Shown: in pieces, positions 28,185 to 38,854 of the stretch
How the letters are laid out: each line of letters begins with the position of its first letter
Position numbering within the stretch: the stretch's first letter is position 1
Assembly: GCA_019244185.1 (NCBI GenBank)
Contig: JAFATB010000025.1
Span: 192,001-256,000 of the forward strand
Length of the DNA stretch: 64,000 bases
Direction: 5' to 3'
DNA from: Acidobacteriota bacterium
GTDB lineage: Bacteria > Acidobacteriota > Thermoanaerobaculia > Gp7-AA8
Position numbers and translations under genes: made by a program
Notes under the pieces: model-generated
What the model saw: the letters and a program-made list of their open reading frames with translations, nothing else
The model's database searches: none
What the model was told of the DNA's origin: nothing

Positions 28185-29108
28185 ATGGGACGGGCGGCGA
28201 CGCATGACTCCGGCAGCAGCAACCTCGAGCGCTGGCTCTCGTGCATGCGCCGCGGGGACTTTGATGCGGCTTGGGAGATCAGCGATGTGAGTCTGCGCGA
28301 GCGGGCGGGCGTGCCTTGCTGGCATTTGCCGCGGCATCGGCAGACGGTGTGGAACGGCGCGCCTGTCGATGGGCAGCGCGTGCTCGTCCGCTGCTACCAC
28401 GGACTCGGCGATACGGTGCAGTTCGTCCGCTACATGCCGATGCTGCGCGAGCGCGCGAAGGAAGTGCTCGTGTGGGTACAGCCGTCGCTGATGCCGCTGC
28501 TGTTCGGACAGCCGGGGATCGACGCGCTGTTGCCGCTGCATGACGGCGTGCCCGCGGTCGACCTCGACGTAGACGTCGAGATCATGGAGCTCGCGCACGT
28601 GTTCCGCAGCAACGCGGAGACGCTGCCGTGTGCGATTCCGTATCTCGACGCCGAGCCGGCGACGCTGCCGGAGCACGACGGACTCGCCGTCGGCATCGTC
28701 TGGAAAGCAGGCAACTGGAACTCGAGCCGCTCGCTGCCGCCCGAAGAGCTCGACGCGCTCCTCGGCGTCGACGGCGTCACCTTCTTCTCGCTGCAGCGCG
28801 ACGAAACGCATCCGGACCTCGTCGCGCTTGACGGCGTCGACGATCCGGTCTCGACCGCGCGGCTCATGCGCGCGATGGACCTCGTCATTTCCGTCGACAC
28901 GTTTCCCGCGCATCTCGCGGGCGCGCTCGGCGTGCGCACGTGGACGCTGCTGCCGCTCGCGTGCGACTGGCGGTGGATGGACGCGCGCGACGACACGCCG
29001 TGGTATCCGACGATGCGGCTATTCCGGCAGCAGCGTGAGGGCGACTGGCGCGGCGTTCTCGCGCGGGTCGTGCGCGCGCTCGGTGAGCTGCGCGACGAAC
29101 GGCGCTGA
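28185..29108 (+). CDS. GT9-like glycosyltransferase (type usually fused to TPRs)
   Basis: HGLGDTVQFVRY, VGIVW, DLVISVDT, AHLAGALG, DWRW...TPWYPTMRLFRQ. Confidence 0.85.
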   Translation: MGRAATHDSGSSNLERWLSCMRRGDFDAAWEISDVSLRERAGVPCWHLPRHRQTVWNGAPVDGQRVLVRCYHGLGDTVQFVRYMPMLRERAKEVLVWVQPSLMPLLFGQPGIDALLPLHDGVPAVDLDVDVEIMELAHVFRSNAETLPCAIPYLDAEPATLPEHDGLAVGIVWKAGNWNSSRSLPPEELDALLGVDGVTFFSLQRDETHPDLVALDGVDDPVSTARLMRAMDLVISVDTFPAHLAGALGVRTWTLLPLACDWRWMDARDDTPWYPTMRLFRQQREGDWRGVLARVVRALGELRDERR

Positions 29109-29831
29109 CGCCCGCGCGAACGACTCCCACGACACGCCGAATCGCCGCTCGTAAAACAGCTTCCCCTCGTGCGGCTTCTGCGTGAGCCGCGCGACGTCGA
29201 CGGGACGCGTGTGCTCGCGCTGCCCGAGCGCCAGCCGGATCAGCGCCTCGGGGAGAAGCCCCATCCACGTCGCGCGCTGCGAGTCGTAGAAGCGGCAGAG
29301 CAGCGCGATGCCGAACGCCTCCCGCAGCGTGATCTGCCGTCCCGTCCACGGGCCGCCGACGCGCAGCGGCGCGAGCGTATTGAAGAGCGGTCCCGGCAGA
29401 CGATGGCCGTGATACAGCGGCATCTCGTAGCACTTCGCGAGCACGCCACGCCGCGCCGCGAACGCCGCGGCCACGAGCTGCGACGCGTCGTGATCGGCGT
29501 GTCCGCCTTCCCACGCGAGACAGTAAATCTCGTCGACCGCTTCCGTGACGCGCGCGTCGAGCAGCGCCAGCGCGCGATCGAGCTGCTCGACGAGCTTTCC
29601 GTCCGGAATCCGCTCCTCGGAACCGATGAAGTGCACGCGGGCGAGGTCGACGCCGAGGTGCGCGAGGACGCGGCGGCTCTCGCGGTCGCGGGTGGCGGAA
29701 GGGATGCCCTTCCCTTCTCCGTCGGTGAGATACGCGCAGGAGACCGCCCGGCCGTTGCGCAGCGCGTAGGAGATCCGCGACGCGAACGCGATCTCGTCAT
29801 CCTGATGCGCGAAAACGAACAGTGCGTGCAT
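29019..29831 (-). CDS. PIG-L/LmbE family deacetylase
   Basis: FAHQDDE, YLTDGE, GGHADH, YDSQ; TGATG overlap with the GNAT gene. Confidence 0.88.
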   Translation of the reverse strand: MHALFVFAHQDDEIAFASRISYALRNGRAVSCAYLTDGEGKGIPSATRDRESRRVLAHLGVDLARVHFIGSEERIPDGKLVEQLDRALALLDARVTEAVDEIYCLAWEGGHADHDASQLVAAAFAARRGVLAKCYEMPLYHGHRLPGPLFNTLAPLRVGGPWTGRQITLREAFGIALLCRFYDSQRATWMGLLPEALIRLALGQREHTRPVDVARLTQKPHEGKLFYERRFGVSWESFARASAPFVAQLTERAHDPRENAAPVALTLLPE

Positions 29832-30733
29832 CACAAGTGATCCGTGTCCGCCCACGTGAGCGCCCACCGCGCGTCCTGCAGCGCGGCCGCGGCGCGCGCA
29901 TCGAAGACGTTCACCAGCAGACGAAAACGATACGGCGACGGCATAAATCCCGACTTCACGAAGAACGGTAGTGCCGGATGTGCGCCCGACACCAGTGTCG
30001 CTGCGAGACGGATGCCCGCGGCGCGGCCGCGCGCGAGCGCCCGACGCAGCAACGCGCGCGCGGCGGACACGCGGCCGCGGCGCCACGCGACGTCGACGAC
30101 GGCGAGCGTGTCGTGTCCGCGCAGGCTCGCGCGGCGCGTGACGACGTACGCGTCGCCGTCCGCATCGATCGCGTACTTCCACCGCGGGCTCGCGGCGAAG
30201 CGCCAGGCCGGCTCGCGCTCGACGTGCACGTACGGCGCGAGCAGCGACTCCGCGATGGTTGCGTCGACGGGCGCGCTGACTTCCTCGAACGCGCGCGGCG
30301 TACGCGGCGACAGCGGACGCACGAGCAGCCACGTCGCGAGCGCCGGCGTCCAGCCGTTCGCGGTCATCGGCTGCAGCACGTGACCGCGAATTTGAAACGC
30401 GGTGCTGCAGTCGAGCGATGTGCGCAGCGCTTCGCGCGCGAACGCGGCGACGCGCGTGAAGAGCTGCTGCCGGCGGAACGCGGGATCGGTCATCGCGTCG
30501 ACCGCGAGCATCGAGCGCAGGCGCGCGTCGCCGACGACGAGCGTCTGCGGCACGAACCCCAGGTGCGCGACGGGACGTCCTTCGGCCTCGGCGACGAACA
30601 TCCGTCCGCGGCCGAACTCCCAGTCCCAGAAGCGCGGGTCCTGCTTTTCGATATCTTCGTGCGGAAAGCAGCGGCGGCGCAGCGCGAGAATCGCGTCGCG
30701 ATCCTCCGCGGTCGCCTCGCGGAAGTCGATCAT
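29831..30733 (-). CDS. GNAT family N-acetyltransferase
   Basis: [32 protein letters not shown] acetyl-CoA-binding motif; ATGA overlap. Confidence 0.85.
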   Translation of the reverse strand: MIDFREATAEDRDAILALRRRCFPHEDIEKQDPRFWDWEFGRGRMFVAEAEGRPVAHLGFVPQTLVVGDARLRSMLAVDAMTDPAFRRQQLFTRVAAFAREALRTSLDCSTAFQIRGHVLQPMTANGWTPALATWLLVRPLSPRTPRAFEEVSAPVDATIAESLLAPYVHVEREPAWRFAASPRWKYAIDADGDAYVVTRRASLRGHDTLAVVDVAWRRGRVSAARALLRRALARGRAAGIRLAATLVSGAHPALPFFVKSGFMPSPYRFRLLVNVFDARAAAALQDARWALTWADTDHL

Positions 30734-31839
30734 CGCGCGCGCCTCAGGATCGTCGCGGAGTTCGGCGGAATGACGATCGTGCCGCGCACGCGCGCGCCGG
30801 TCACCGCGTCGACGTACGTCTTCTCGTTTTCGACGCGCAGCGGTTTCGCGCCGCGGTTGATGCCGATGAAGCCGCGCTCGAAAAACCGATATGCGCCGCC
30901 GGGCGTGTCGATGCGCGGCTTCGCGCGTCCGAGGTCGAGGAAGAGCAAGTCCGACTCGAGCGGCGTGGCGAGGTCGGGAGGCGCGACGACCGCGCCGGCG
31001 CCGAAGAGGCGCGAGACGGCGATGAGCTCCGCGGCGAGACGCGGATCGTCGACGTAGTTGATGTGGGCGAAGCGGACGCGCGGATACGCGCGCTGCGCGG
31101 GCGCGATGAGGTGGCGCATGAGATACGACGTACTGTTCCAGCGGTCGCCGGGATCGTTCCACGGCCGCAGCACGAAGCGGCCGTTGCGCGGATACGTGAT
31201 CAGGCTCTCGCTCACGTCCCAGTCGGCGTACGGCAGGAAGTTCGCGGCGTCGCGATAGCCCTGATTCGTGACGATGACGCCGACGCTGCCGCGCAGCGCG
31301 TGCAGGAAGCGCGCGAACGCGACGTCGTAATCGACGTCGGGATGGCGCAGGCGGTACTCCGCGAGCGCGCGCGGATGGACGTTCTCCGCGGTGGTGGTGT
31401 CGAGAAAGACGCCGTCGTAGCCGATCGCGCGCAGGCGTTTCGCGAGCTGTTCCGCGCGTCCGCGCTCGTGCTCGGGCGACGCCGGATCGAAGTAGAACGC
31501 GTCCGCATCCTCCGCGCCGGCGTGGCCGCGCAGCGGCGCGCGGTTCAGCAGCGCCGACGGCGGAAGCGTGTGATGCCACGGCGTCGCGAGCGACGCGTAG
31601 TACGCGACGGACCATTCGTAGAGCGCGAGCTTCGTGCCGGCGCGATGCAGCGCGTCGACCTGCACGCGCGGCAGCGGATCGTGCGTGACGAGCACGTCGA
31701 AGCGCGAATACCACGCGAGCTCGTGCGCGGTGAGCGGCGTGCGGTAGTGAAAGGCGATGCCGCCGCGTGCGGCCGCGCTCGACGGAAACACCGCCGGCGC
31801 CGCGAGAGTGACGACGGCGGTCAATACGAGGGTCCGCAT
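30730..31839 (-). CDS. Secreted PelA-hydrolase-like (GH114/GH166) endo-alpha-1,4-galactosaminidase
   Basis: Signal peptide; [28 protein letters not shown] in the order seen in PelA-type TIM barrels. Confidence 0.75.
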   Translation of the reverse strand: MRTLVLTAVVTLAAPAVFPSSAAARGGIAFHYRTPLTAHELAWYSRFDVLVTHDPLPRVQVDALHRAGTKLALYEWSVAYYASLATPWHHTLPPSALLNRAPLRGHAGAEDADAFYFDPASPEHERGRAEQLAKRLRAIGYDGVFLDTTTAENVHPRALAEYRLRHPDVDYDVAFARFLHALRGSVGVIVTNQGYRDAANFLPYADWDVSESLITYPRNGRFVLRPWNDPGDRWNSTSYLMRHLIAPAQRAYPRVRFAHINYVDDPRLAAELIAVSRLFGAGAVVAPPDLATPLESDLLFLDLGRAKPRIDTPGGAYRFFERGFIGINRGAKPLRVENEKTYVDAVTGARVRGTIVIPPNSATILRRAR

Positions 31840-31858
31840 CCGGTATCCTTCCGCCACG

Positions 31859-34800
31859 ATGCCGGATACCGTCGAGCAGGACAAGAGGGACGTGGCTGAT
31901 CGCATCGCCGCCCTCTCGCGCGTTTCTGAGCTGTTGCAGAGCGGCGGCACGGCGCGCGAGGCGATGCAGCGCGCGCTCGACGTCCTGCCCGAGATTCTTC
32001 CGGCCGACGCGTACGCGCTGTGGCACCACGATTACCACACCGAGGAATGGCGCGTGACGGTGATGCGCGGGCTGTCGCCCACCTACGGGCAACGCACGCT
32101 GCAGTCGACCGGCACGGAGGAAGTGATCCTCCGCAACCCGTTCTTCGTGCACGATGTCTTCGCCTCGACGCTCCTCACCAAGGAGCTGCATGCGTTCTAT
32201 CGAAGCGAAGGCATCCGCTCGCTGCTGGTCATTCCGCTGCACGTGCGTGGCGGCGCGTCGGGCACGCTCGCCTGCTACTACCGCACGCCGCACGAGGCCG
32301 GCGAGGCCGATCTCCCGCTCGCGCGCGTGCTCGGCCACATCGTCTCCTCCGCCCTCGCCACGCCGCGCTTCGAGCGTTTCGCGGAAGCCGCGCGCGCCGT
32401 CGCCGCGGAGCTCGATCTGCATCGTCTCGTGCAGACGGTGACCGACGCGGCGACGGAGCTGACGAACGCGCAGTTCGGCGCGTTCTTCTACAACGTGCTC
32501 GACGAGGAGCGCGGCTCGTACACGCTCTACACGATCTCCGGCGTGCCGCGCGAGGCGTTCTCGCAGTTCCCGATGCCGCGCAACACCGACGTCTTCGCGC
32601 CGACGTTCGACGGCACCGGCATCGTGCGCAGCGCGAACATCCGCAACGATCCGCGCTACGGCCACAACGCGCCGTACCACGGCATGCCGAAAGGCCACCT
32701 GCCGGTCGTCAGCTATCTGGCCGTTCCCGTGATCTCGCGCACGGGCGAAGTGCTCGGCGGTCTCTTCTTCGGCCACAGCGACGAAGGCGTCTTCACGGAG
32801 AACGAGGAGCAGGTCGCCGCCGCGCTCGCGGCGCAGACCGCGGTCGGCATCGACAACGTGCGTCTCTACGACGCGCTGAATCACGAGCGCCAGCTGCTCG
32901 CGCGCGGCGAAGCGCGCTATCGCTCGCTCGTCCTCGCCGCGCCGACCGATCAGATCGTGTGGGTCACGACGCCGGAAGGCGAGATGAAGACCGATCTCGC
33001 CGAATGGAGCGCTCTCACCGGGCAGCCGCCCGCGGAGGCGCAAGGGCTTTCGTGGACGGAGGCCGTGCATCCGCAGGACCGCGCGCTCGCCGCCGCGGTG
33101 TGGCAGCAGGCGCTGGAGACGCGGAAGCCGTTCTCGGCGCAGTACCGCATCCGCACGCGCGACGACAGCTATCGCTGGTTCGCCGTCACGGGCGTGCCGG
33201 TCATCGGGCCGCACGGCGTGATGCTCGAATGGGTCGGCACGATCATCGACATCCACGAGCGCAAGACCGCGGACGACAGCCTGCGCTTTCTGGCCACCGC
33301 GTCCGACCTCCTCGCCTCGTCGCTCGATTACGAGACGACGCTCAAGAACGTCGCGCAGCTCGCGGTGCCGGAGATGGCCGACTGGTGCACGGTCGACATC
33401 GTCGACGACGAGGCGTCGGACACGTACCGGCGGCTCGCGGTGGCGCATGCCGATCCGGCGAAGGTGCAGCTCGCGCACGAGCTGCAGGAACGCTATCCGC
33501 CGGACCGCGAGCGCGACGCGATCGCGAACGCGATCCGCACCGGCGAGTCGATGCTCGGCAAGCACATCCCGCCGGAGCTGCTCGACGCGGCCGCGCGCGA
33601 CGACGAGCATCGCCGCATCATCCGCGAGCTCGGGCTGCTGTCGTACATCGTCGTGCCGCTGCGCACGCGCGAGCGCGTCGTCGGCGCGCTGTCGTTCATC
33701 TCGTCGTCGGAATCGCGGCGCCGCTACAACGAGTCGGACCTGCGCGTGGCCGAGGAGCTGGCGCGGCGCGCCGCGGTGGCCATCGAGAACTCGCGGCTGT
33801 ACGGCGCGGCGCAGGCCGCCAATCGCGCGAAGGACGACTTCCTCGCCACGCTCTCGCACGAGCTGCGCACGCCGATGACCGCGGTCCTCGGCTGGTCGCG
33901 CATGTTGCACATGGGTCTCGGTCCCGAGGAGACGCTGCAGGCGGTCGATGCGATCGAGAAGAGCGCGACCGTGCAGATGCAGCTCATCGAAGACATCCTG
34001 GACATGTCGCGGATCATGGCCGGCAAGATGCGCATCGAAACGTCGCCGGTCGATCTGCGCGGCGTGGCCGAGGCCGCGTTGTCGACGGTTGCTCCCGCGG
34101 CGGCGGCGAAGAGCATCGAGATCCTCACGAATTTCGATCCGCGCACGCCGATGGTCCTCGGCGATCCCGCGCGCCTGCAGCAGGTCGTCTGGAACCTGCT
34201 CGCGAACGCGGTGAAGTTCACCGATCGCGGCGGCTCGGTGGTGGTGAAGATCACGTCCCGCGGGAATGAGGTCGTGCTGTCCGTGCGCGACAACGGCGCG
34301 GGCATCGATCCGGCGTTCCTTCCCCACGTCTTCGAGCGTTTCCGTCAACAGGACAGCTCGACCACGCGCGCACACGGCGGCATCGGCCTCGGCCTGGCGA
34401 TCGTGCGGCATCTCGTCGAGCTGCACGGCGGACGGATCGAGGCCAACAGTCCGGGCATGGGCTTCGGTGCGACGTTCACGCTCGAGCTGCCCGCGCTCGC
34501 GCGCGGCACCCAGGCGGTCGTCGCAGCCGCGCACGCCGGCGCGCTGCCGTCGCTCACCGGAACGTCGCTGCTCGTCGTCGACGACGAGGAGCTGACGCGC
34601 GACGTCGTGGCCGCGATCCTGCGCCGCGCGGGCGCGAACGTGACCACCGCGGAGTCGGCGCGCGAGGGACTGCGCGCGGTCGACGCGGTGCGTCCCGACG
34701 TCATCGTCTGCGACATCGCCATGCCGGACGAAGACGGCTACGCGTTCGTGCGCGCGCTGCGCGGGCGCGACGGCGTGTCGGGCATTCCGGTCATCGCGCT

Positions 34801-34924
34801 GACCGCGTTCGGCCGTCCCGAGGATCGGGAGCGCGCGCTCTCGAGCGGCTTCGACGCGTATCTGAAGAAACCGGTCGATCCAGCCGTGCTCGCCGCGGCC
34901 GTGCGCGAGGCGACCGCGAGGTAA
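31859..34924 (+). CDS. Hybrid sensor kinase (GAF-GAF-PAS-GAF-HisKA-HATPase-REC)
   Basis: [30 protein letters not shown]; C-terminal VVDDE...VCDIAMP...KKP. Confidence 0.95.
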   Translation: MPDTVEQDKRDVADRIAALSRVSELLQSGGTAREAMQRALDVLPEILPADAYALWHHDYHTEEWRVTVMRGLSPTYGQRTLQSTGTEEVILRNPFFVHDVFASTLLTKELHAFYRSEGIRSLLVIPLHVRGGASGTLACYYRTPHEAGEADLPLARVLGHIVSSALATPRFERFAEAARAVAAELDLHRLVQTVTDAATELTNAQFGAFFYNVLDEERGSYTLYTISGVPREAFSQFPMPRNTDVFAPTFDGTGIVRSANIRNDPRYGHNAPYHGMPKGHLPVVSYLAVPVISRTGEVLGGLFFGHSDEGVFTENEEQVAAALAAQTAVGIDNVRLYDALNHERQLLARGEARYRSLVLAAPTDQIVWVTTPEGEMKTDLAEWSALTGQPPAEAQGLSWTEAVHPQDRALAAAVWQQALETRKPFSAQYRIRTRDDSYRWFAVTGVPVIGPHGVMLEWVGTIIDIHERKTADDSLRFLATASDLLASSLDYETTLKNVAQLAVPEMADWCTVDIVDDEASDTYRRLAVAHADPAKVQLAHELQERYPPDRERDAIANAIRTGESMLGKHIPPELLDAAARDDEHRRIIRELGLLSYIVVPLRTRERVVGALSFISSSESRRRYNESDLRVAEELARRAAVAIENSRLYGAAQAANRAKDDFLATLSHELRTPMTAVLGWSRMLHMGLGPEETLQAVDAIEKSATVQMQLIEDILDMSRIMAGKMRIETSPVDLRGVAEAALSTVAPAAAAKSIEILTNFDPRTPMVLGDPARLQQVVWNLLANAVKFTDRGGSVVVKITSRGNEVVLSVRDNGAGIDPAFLPHVFERFRQQDSSTTRAHGGIGLGLAIVRHLVELHGGRIEANSPGMGFGATFTLELPALARGTQAVVAAAHAGALPSLTGTSLLVVDDEELTRDVVAAILRRAGANVTTAESAREGLRAVDAVRPDVIVCDIAMPDEDGYAFVRALRGRDGVSGIPVIALTAFGRPEDRERALSSGFDAYLKKPVDPAVLAAAVREATAR

Positions 34925-34930
34925 CGCAGC

Positions 34931-35410
34931 ATGCAGCCGAGCAACACGCCACCTCCCGCACCGTCATCGACGACGATTCCGGCACTGGCGCGGCATCGTC
35001 CGTCGCCGAAGTTCGTCATCGCGATCCTGCTTCTGGTGATCGCCGCGTTTCTTCTCGGCTTCATCCCGGAGCGGCTCGCGGCGCGGCGGCTCGCGGCGTC
35101 GCTGCACGAGACGGAGCTCGAGCTGCGGCTGGCGAATCTCCACCGCACGCTCGGCGTCGCCAGTCACGAGGCGATGCGCAACAACTTCTCGTCGGCGGGC
35201 AGCGCCGCGCGCGCGTTCTTCGACGGTTGCCGCACACTCGCCGAACAGGAGCCGATGCCCGATCGTCCGCGCACGCACGGCGCGCTCGTGGCGTACGCGC
35301 AGTCGGCGGACGTCACGATGACGGAGCTTGCGGCGGCGGACCCGCGCGCGAAGGAACGGCTCGCCTCGCTCTACCTCACGATGCAGGGACTGCTCGAGCG
35401 CCGCCAGTGA
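34931..35410 (+). CDS. Hypothetical membrane-anchored helical protein
   Basis: One N-terminal TM segment, then coiled coil; 6 nt after the kinase stop. Confidence 0.65.
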   Translation: MQPSNTPPPAPSSTTIPALARHRPSPKFVIAILLLVIAAFLLGFIPERLAARRLAASLHETELELRLANLHRTLGVASHEAMRNNFSSAGSAARAFFDGCRTLAEQEPMPDRPRTHGALVAYAQSADVTMTELAAADPRAKERLASLYLTMQGLLERRQ

Positions 35411-35412
35411 GC

Positions 35413-35428
35413 GGGCAACCGTTTTGCT
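35413..35428 (+). promoter_or_regulatory. Putative sigma54 -24/-12 promoter
   Basis: GGGCAACCGTTTTGCT (GG-N10-GC, TTGC), 19 nt before the ATG at 35448. Confidence 0.55.
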
Positions 35429-35447
35429 TCTCGTTCGTCGAACCCAT

Positions 35448-35753
35448 ATGCGATTCGCGATCGAAAGCAGACTCCTCTCTCCTGCAGTAGATGCGATTCG
35501 TCGCCGTCCGGACGTCTCGCTCGTCCACCTCGAGGCGCGTGATGAGGCGGAAGCCATCACGACGTATGCGTTCGCCGAGGATGGCGTGATCCTCGAGCTC
35601 GCCAAGCAGCACGTGCACGCGGAGATGGTGGGCACGCTGCGCAACGCGAACGGTACGTACCTGCTGCGCGCGTATCCCGACGCGGAACCGGTGAAGCGCC
35701 CGCGCCTCGACGACGCCATGCCGCACGACGCGGCGTGGTTCGCGATGGCCTGA
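35448..35753 (+). CDS. Small hypothetical protein
   Basis: 101 aa with natural composition, filling the gap up to the convergent stop at 35755. Confidence 0.6.
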   Translation: MRFAIESRLLSPAVDAIRRRPDVSLVHLEARDEAEAITTYAFAEDGVILELAKQHVHAEMVGTLRNANGTYLLRAYPDAEPVKRPRLDDAMPHDAAWFAMA

Positions 35754-35754
35754 C

Positions 35755-36477
35755 TCAGAACAACGGCAGCCGCGACAGCGGCAGGATGGCCATCTTCAGA
35801 TTGAGGCTGATGACCTTGAAGAGATCGGCGGTCTCGGGCGACACCGGCACACGCGTGAAGAGGATCGACGCGAAGAGATCGCCCGTCGTGAGCAGTCCGC
35901 CGACGCCGAGCACCGACGCGATGCCGTACCGCTCGACGAACTCCTGCTGCGCGACGATGTACGGACTCCCCTTCGCCTGCGGGACATAGAAGACGTTCGA
36001 CGAGCGGTCGTTGCGGTCGAGCAGCAGCGCCGGACCGGGACGCACGACGCTGGAGATGCTGAGGCCGAGCTGCGTGATGAGCTGCGCGATCATCGGCGCC
36101 TCGCTGACCATCGACTCGCTCGCGAGCGGAATGGCGAGATGTCCGCGGGAGAGGCGGCGGTCGTTCCAGGCGGGCTCGTCGCCGGCCGTGGCGAGCAGCA
36201 CGAGACAGCGGAGATCGGGCACGGATGCGGCCTCCGGCAGCATCCGCCGCGCGAACTCCTGCAGCTCCGGATCGAGCGCGTCGTAGCGATGCGTCTTGAA
36301 GAGCCGCACGAGCACGCACGCGGGACGCCCGTCCGCGTCGACGAACTCGTCGCGGAAGAAGCGCACGACGCGCGTGGCGGCTTCCCCGAGCGTTTGCGGC
36401 GGATCGTCGAACAGCGACCGGATCGCGCCGCGGCATTCCATGAGGTCGTTGAAGCCGAAGGTGGCGAGATTGAACAC
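35755..36477 (-). CDS. Hypothetical protein (possible GAF-like sensory domain)
   Basis: 240 aa globular ORF; RLFKTH, WNDRRLSRGH, VFYVPQAKGSPYI, YGIASVLGVGG. Confidence 0.75.
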   Translation of the reverse strand: MFNLATFGFNDLMECRGAIRSLFDDPPQTLGEAATRVVRFFRDEFVDADGRPACVLVRLFKTHRYDALDPELQEFARRMLPEAASVPDLRCLVLLATAGDEPAWNDRRLSRGHLAIPLASESMVSEAPMIAQLITQLGLSISSVVRPGPALLLDRNDRSSNVFYVPQAKGSPYIVAQQEFVERYGIASVLGVGGLLTTGDLFASILFTRVPVSPETADLFKVISLNLKMAILPLSRLPLF

Positions 36478-36520
36478 GAAGCGCGCATGCTAACAGGCTC
36501 GCGCCGTCAGGCGACGTCGG

Positions 36521-37201
36521 TCAGGCCGCCTCGAACAGCGCACGCAGCGAGCGCTCGCCGTGCGGCGTGAAGGTCACGGCGCGGCTGTCGGGCTCGCGCC
36601 GCGCCCAGCGGAGCGCGAAGATGCGCGCGAGGATCGCCGCGCCGAGCGCGCCGCCGAGGTGCTGGCGGCGCTCGCTCCAGTCGAGGCAGGGGCGGCAGAG
36701 CGCGCGGCGCGAACGCGCGAGCCCGTCGACGTCGATGCCGAAGCGCGCGAAGAATGCCTCGCCGTCGCGCGAGACGCTGCACGCATCGCGGCCGTCGAGC
36801 AGCTTGCGCGCGCGCAGCGCGTCGAGCAACCACACGCCGCGCTCGCCGGCGAGATGGTCGTAGCAGACGCGCGCGGCGCGCAGCGCGGGATCGGCGGGAC
36901 CGGTGCGGCGGACGGGCGCGCCGCGCTTCGCCGCCAGTCCCATGAGTTCTTCGAGCAGCGACGCGACGTCGGCGTCGAAGAGGCGGAAGTAGCGATGGCG
37001 TCCCTGCTTCTCGATGGCGAGCACCTGCGCGCCCGCGAGCTTCGCGAGATGCGCGCTCGCGGTGGAAGGCGCGATGTTCGCGTCGAGCGCGAGCTCGGTC
37101 GCGGTCAACGCGGTGCCGCGCATGAGCGAGGTGAGCATCCGCGCGCGCGCCGGATCGCCGAGGAGCGCGGCGAGGGCCGCGAGATCAGGAGCGTCCGGCA
37201 T
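36521..37201 (-). CDS. ArsR/SmtB-family transcriptional regulator
   Basis: LGDPARARML, TATELA, STASAHL, QGRHRYFRL, ARVCYDHLAG, CLDWSERR. Confidence 0.92.
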   Translation of the reverse strand: MPDAPDLAALAALLGDPARARMLTSLMRGTALTATELALDANIAPSTASAHLAKLAGAQVLAIEKQGRHRYFRLFDADVASLLEELMGLAAKRGAPVRRTGPADPALRAARVCYDHLAGERGVWLLDALRARKLLDGRDACSVSRDGEAFFARFGIDVDGLARSRRALCRPCLDWSERRQHLGGALGAAILARIFALRWARREPDSRAVTFTPHGERSLRALFEAA

Positions 37202-37589
37202 CGCGTGTCCAGCTCGCCGACACCTCGCGGCCGCGCGCGAGATCGTCGACGACGAGGATGAGGTTGTGCTCGTGATCGCTGTACTGCACGGCGATGTTGA
37301 CGCCCGCGTCGGCCATGCGCCGCGCGATCTTGCCGAGTTGGCCCGGCTCGTCCTGCCGCAGCTTCTGCACGACGACCTCGTGCTCGCCGGCGACGCGGAT
37401 GCCGGCCGCGTCGAGCGCCGCGCGCGCGGCAGCCGTGTCGCGGTCGTGAAAGAGAAAGTGCGCGACGCCGGCGCCGTTCGCGACGAAGACGCCGCCGCCT
37501 TCGATGCTCACGCCGGCGCGGCCGAGCGCCTCGCCCATCTCCGCGAGCGCGCCGGGACGATCGTCGAGCGCGATGGCGAGGTCCTTCAC
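37185..37589 (-). CDS. ACT-domain protein
   Basis: DDRPGALA and QDEPGQLG...AGVNI tandem ACT motifs; GTGA overlap with the OsmC gene. Confidence 0.85.
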   Translation of the reverse strand: MKDLAIALDDRPGALAEMGEALGRAGVSIEGGGVFVANGAGVAHFLFHDRDTAAARAALDAAGIRVAGEHEVVVQKLRQDEPGQLGKIARRMADAGVNIAVQYSDHEHNLILVVDDLARGREVSASWTRDAGRS

Positions 37590-38062
37590 GCGCGCACCTC
37601 CGGCTCGTTGCGAATGGGCACGCTGCACGAGTTGGCGATGAAGCAGAGCTGGTGCGCACGCTCGTGCAGCGCGGTGGCACGCTCCACGTCGGCGCCCTTC
37701 GCGAGCACGACGCGTGGATGCAGCACGACTTCCTCGAACTTGCCGCCGCCGCCCGCGTCCGTCGTCATCGTGCCGGTAGCGGCGTCTTCGTACGAAACGA
37801 CGGCGATCCCTTGCCGCGCGCAGAGCGCGAGGTACGTCAGCATGTGACACGCGGAGATCGACGCGACGAAGAGGTCCTCGGGATTCAGCAGGTCCGCATC
37901 GCCGCGAAACGCGACGTCCGCGCTGCCGGCGAGCTCCGGCTTGCCGTCGACGAGCACGCGGTACTGCCGGCCGTACTCCGCGTACGTGGCCGTGCCGTTG
38001 CCCCGATTGCCGTCCCAGACGAGCCGCATGTGAAAGCGATGTGCGTGTGCGCCGCCTTGCAT
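37586..38062 (-). CDS. OsmC/Ohr family protein
   Basis: NPEDLFVASISACHMLTYL, AHQLCFIANS. Confidence 0.92.
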   Translation of the reverse strand: MQGGAHAHRFHMRLVWDGNRGNGTATYAEYGRQYRVLVDGKPELAGSADVAFRGDADLLNPEDLFVASISACHMLTYLALCARQGIAVVSYEDAATGTMTTDAGGGGKFEEVVLHPRVVLAKGADVERATALHERAHQLCFIANSCSVPIRNEPEVRA

Positions 38063-38125
38063 GTGCACATCCTACGGCGCGCCGCGCGGCGACGCTTCGG
38101 TGCGGGACGAAATGTGGGAGAGGGT

Positions 38126-38202
<77 letters not shown>

Positions 38203-38259
38203 GAGACGCGGCGCGATTATATGCGGAGTCGGCGCGTTCTTCGCGCGCGCGGGACGCGC

Positions 38260-38814
38260 TCAGCCCGCGGTCGCGGACCGCGACGGCGCTTCGCGATGGC
38301 GCTCGATGGCCATCGCGGCGGTGTGCGTGATCATGTCGGTGAGCTCGCGGTCGGCGGGGCTCGGGTCGCGCACGAAGCGGTAGTAGTTGGCGAACGTGCC
38401 GAGGACCTTGCCGTCGGAGCCGTGGATCGGCGTCGACCAGCACGCGCGCAGACCGTACTGCAGCGCGAGGTTTTTGAAGTTGGCCCAAAGCGGATTGTTG
38501 GCGATGTCGAACACGGCCACGATCGTGTTGTGGTACGCGGCGGTGCCGCACGAGCCGACCGCGGGGCCGATCTCGATGCCGTCGATGGCGGCGTTGTACG
38601 CCTCGGGCAGCGACGGTCCGGCGCCGTGCAGCAGGTGGCGTCCCGACTCGTCGAGGATGAGGATCGAGGCGAGCATGCCGGAGTGAGCGATGTTCTCGAC
38701 GGTGCGCACGAGCTCGTCGAGCGTCTCGTGCAGCGGCGCGCCCGAGTCGATCATCTCCGTGATGCGCTCGCGCGCCCGCGCCATGTCCTGACGATCATCG
38801 GCAGACAGAGTCAT
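38260..38814 (-). CDS. Stand-alone GAF-domain protein
   Basis: GAGPSLP, GSCGTAAY, GLRACWSTPI, VLGTFA. Confidence 0.9.
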   Translation of the reverse strand: MTLSADDRQDMARARERITEMIDSGAPLHETLDELVRTVENIAHSGMLASILILDESGRHLLHGAGPSLPEAYNAAIDGIEIGPAVGSCGTAAYHNTIVAVFDIANNPLWANFKNLALQYGLRACWSTPIHGSDGKVLGTFANYYRFVRDPSPADRELTDMITHTAAMAIERHREAPSRSATAG

Positions 38815-38854
38815 TGCGAGCAGCCTCTGCAGAAATCATACCGGCTTCAGCGGC

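Noticed and set aside
29831-34534. 1567-aa minus-strand ORF
   Set aside because: Only the last 300 aa (GNAT, from 30733) look real; the rest is the antisense shadow of the hybrid kinase and an off-frame overlap of the hydrolase.
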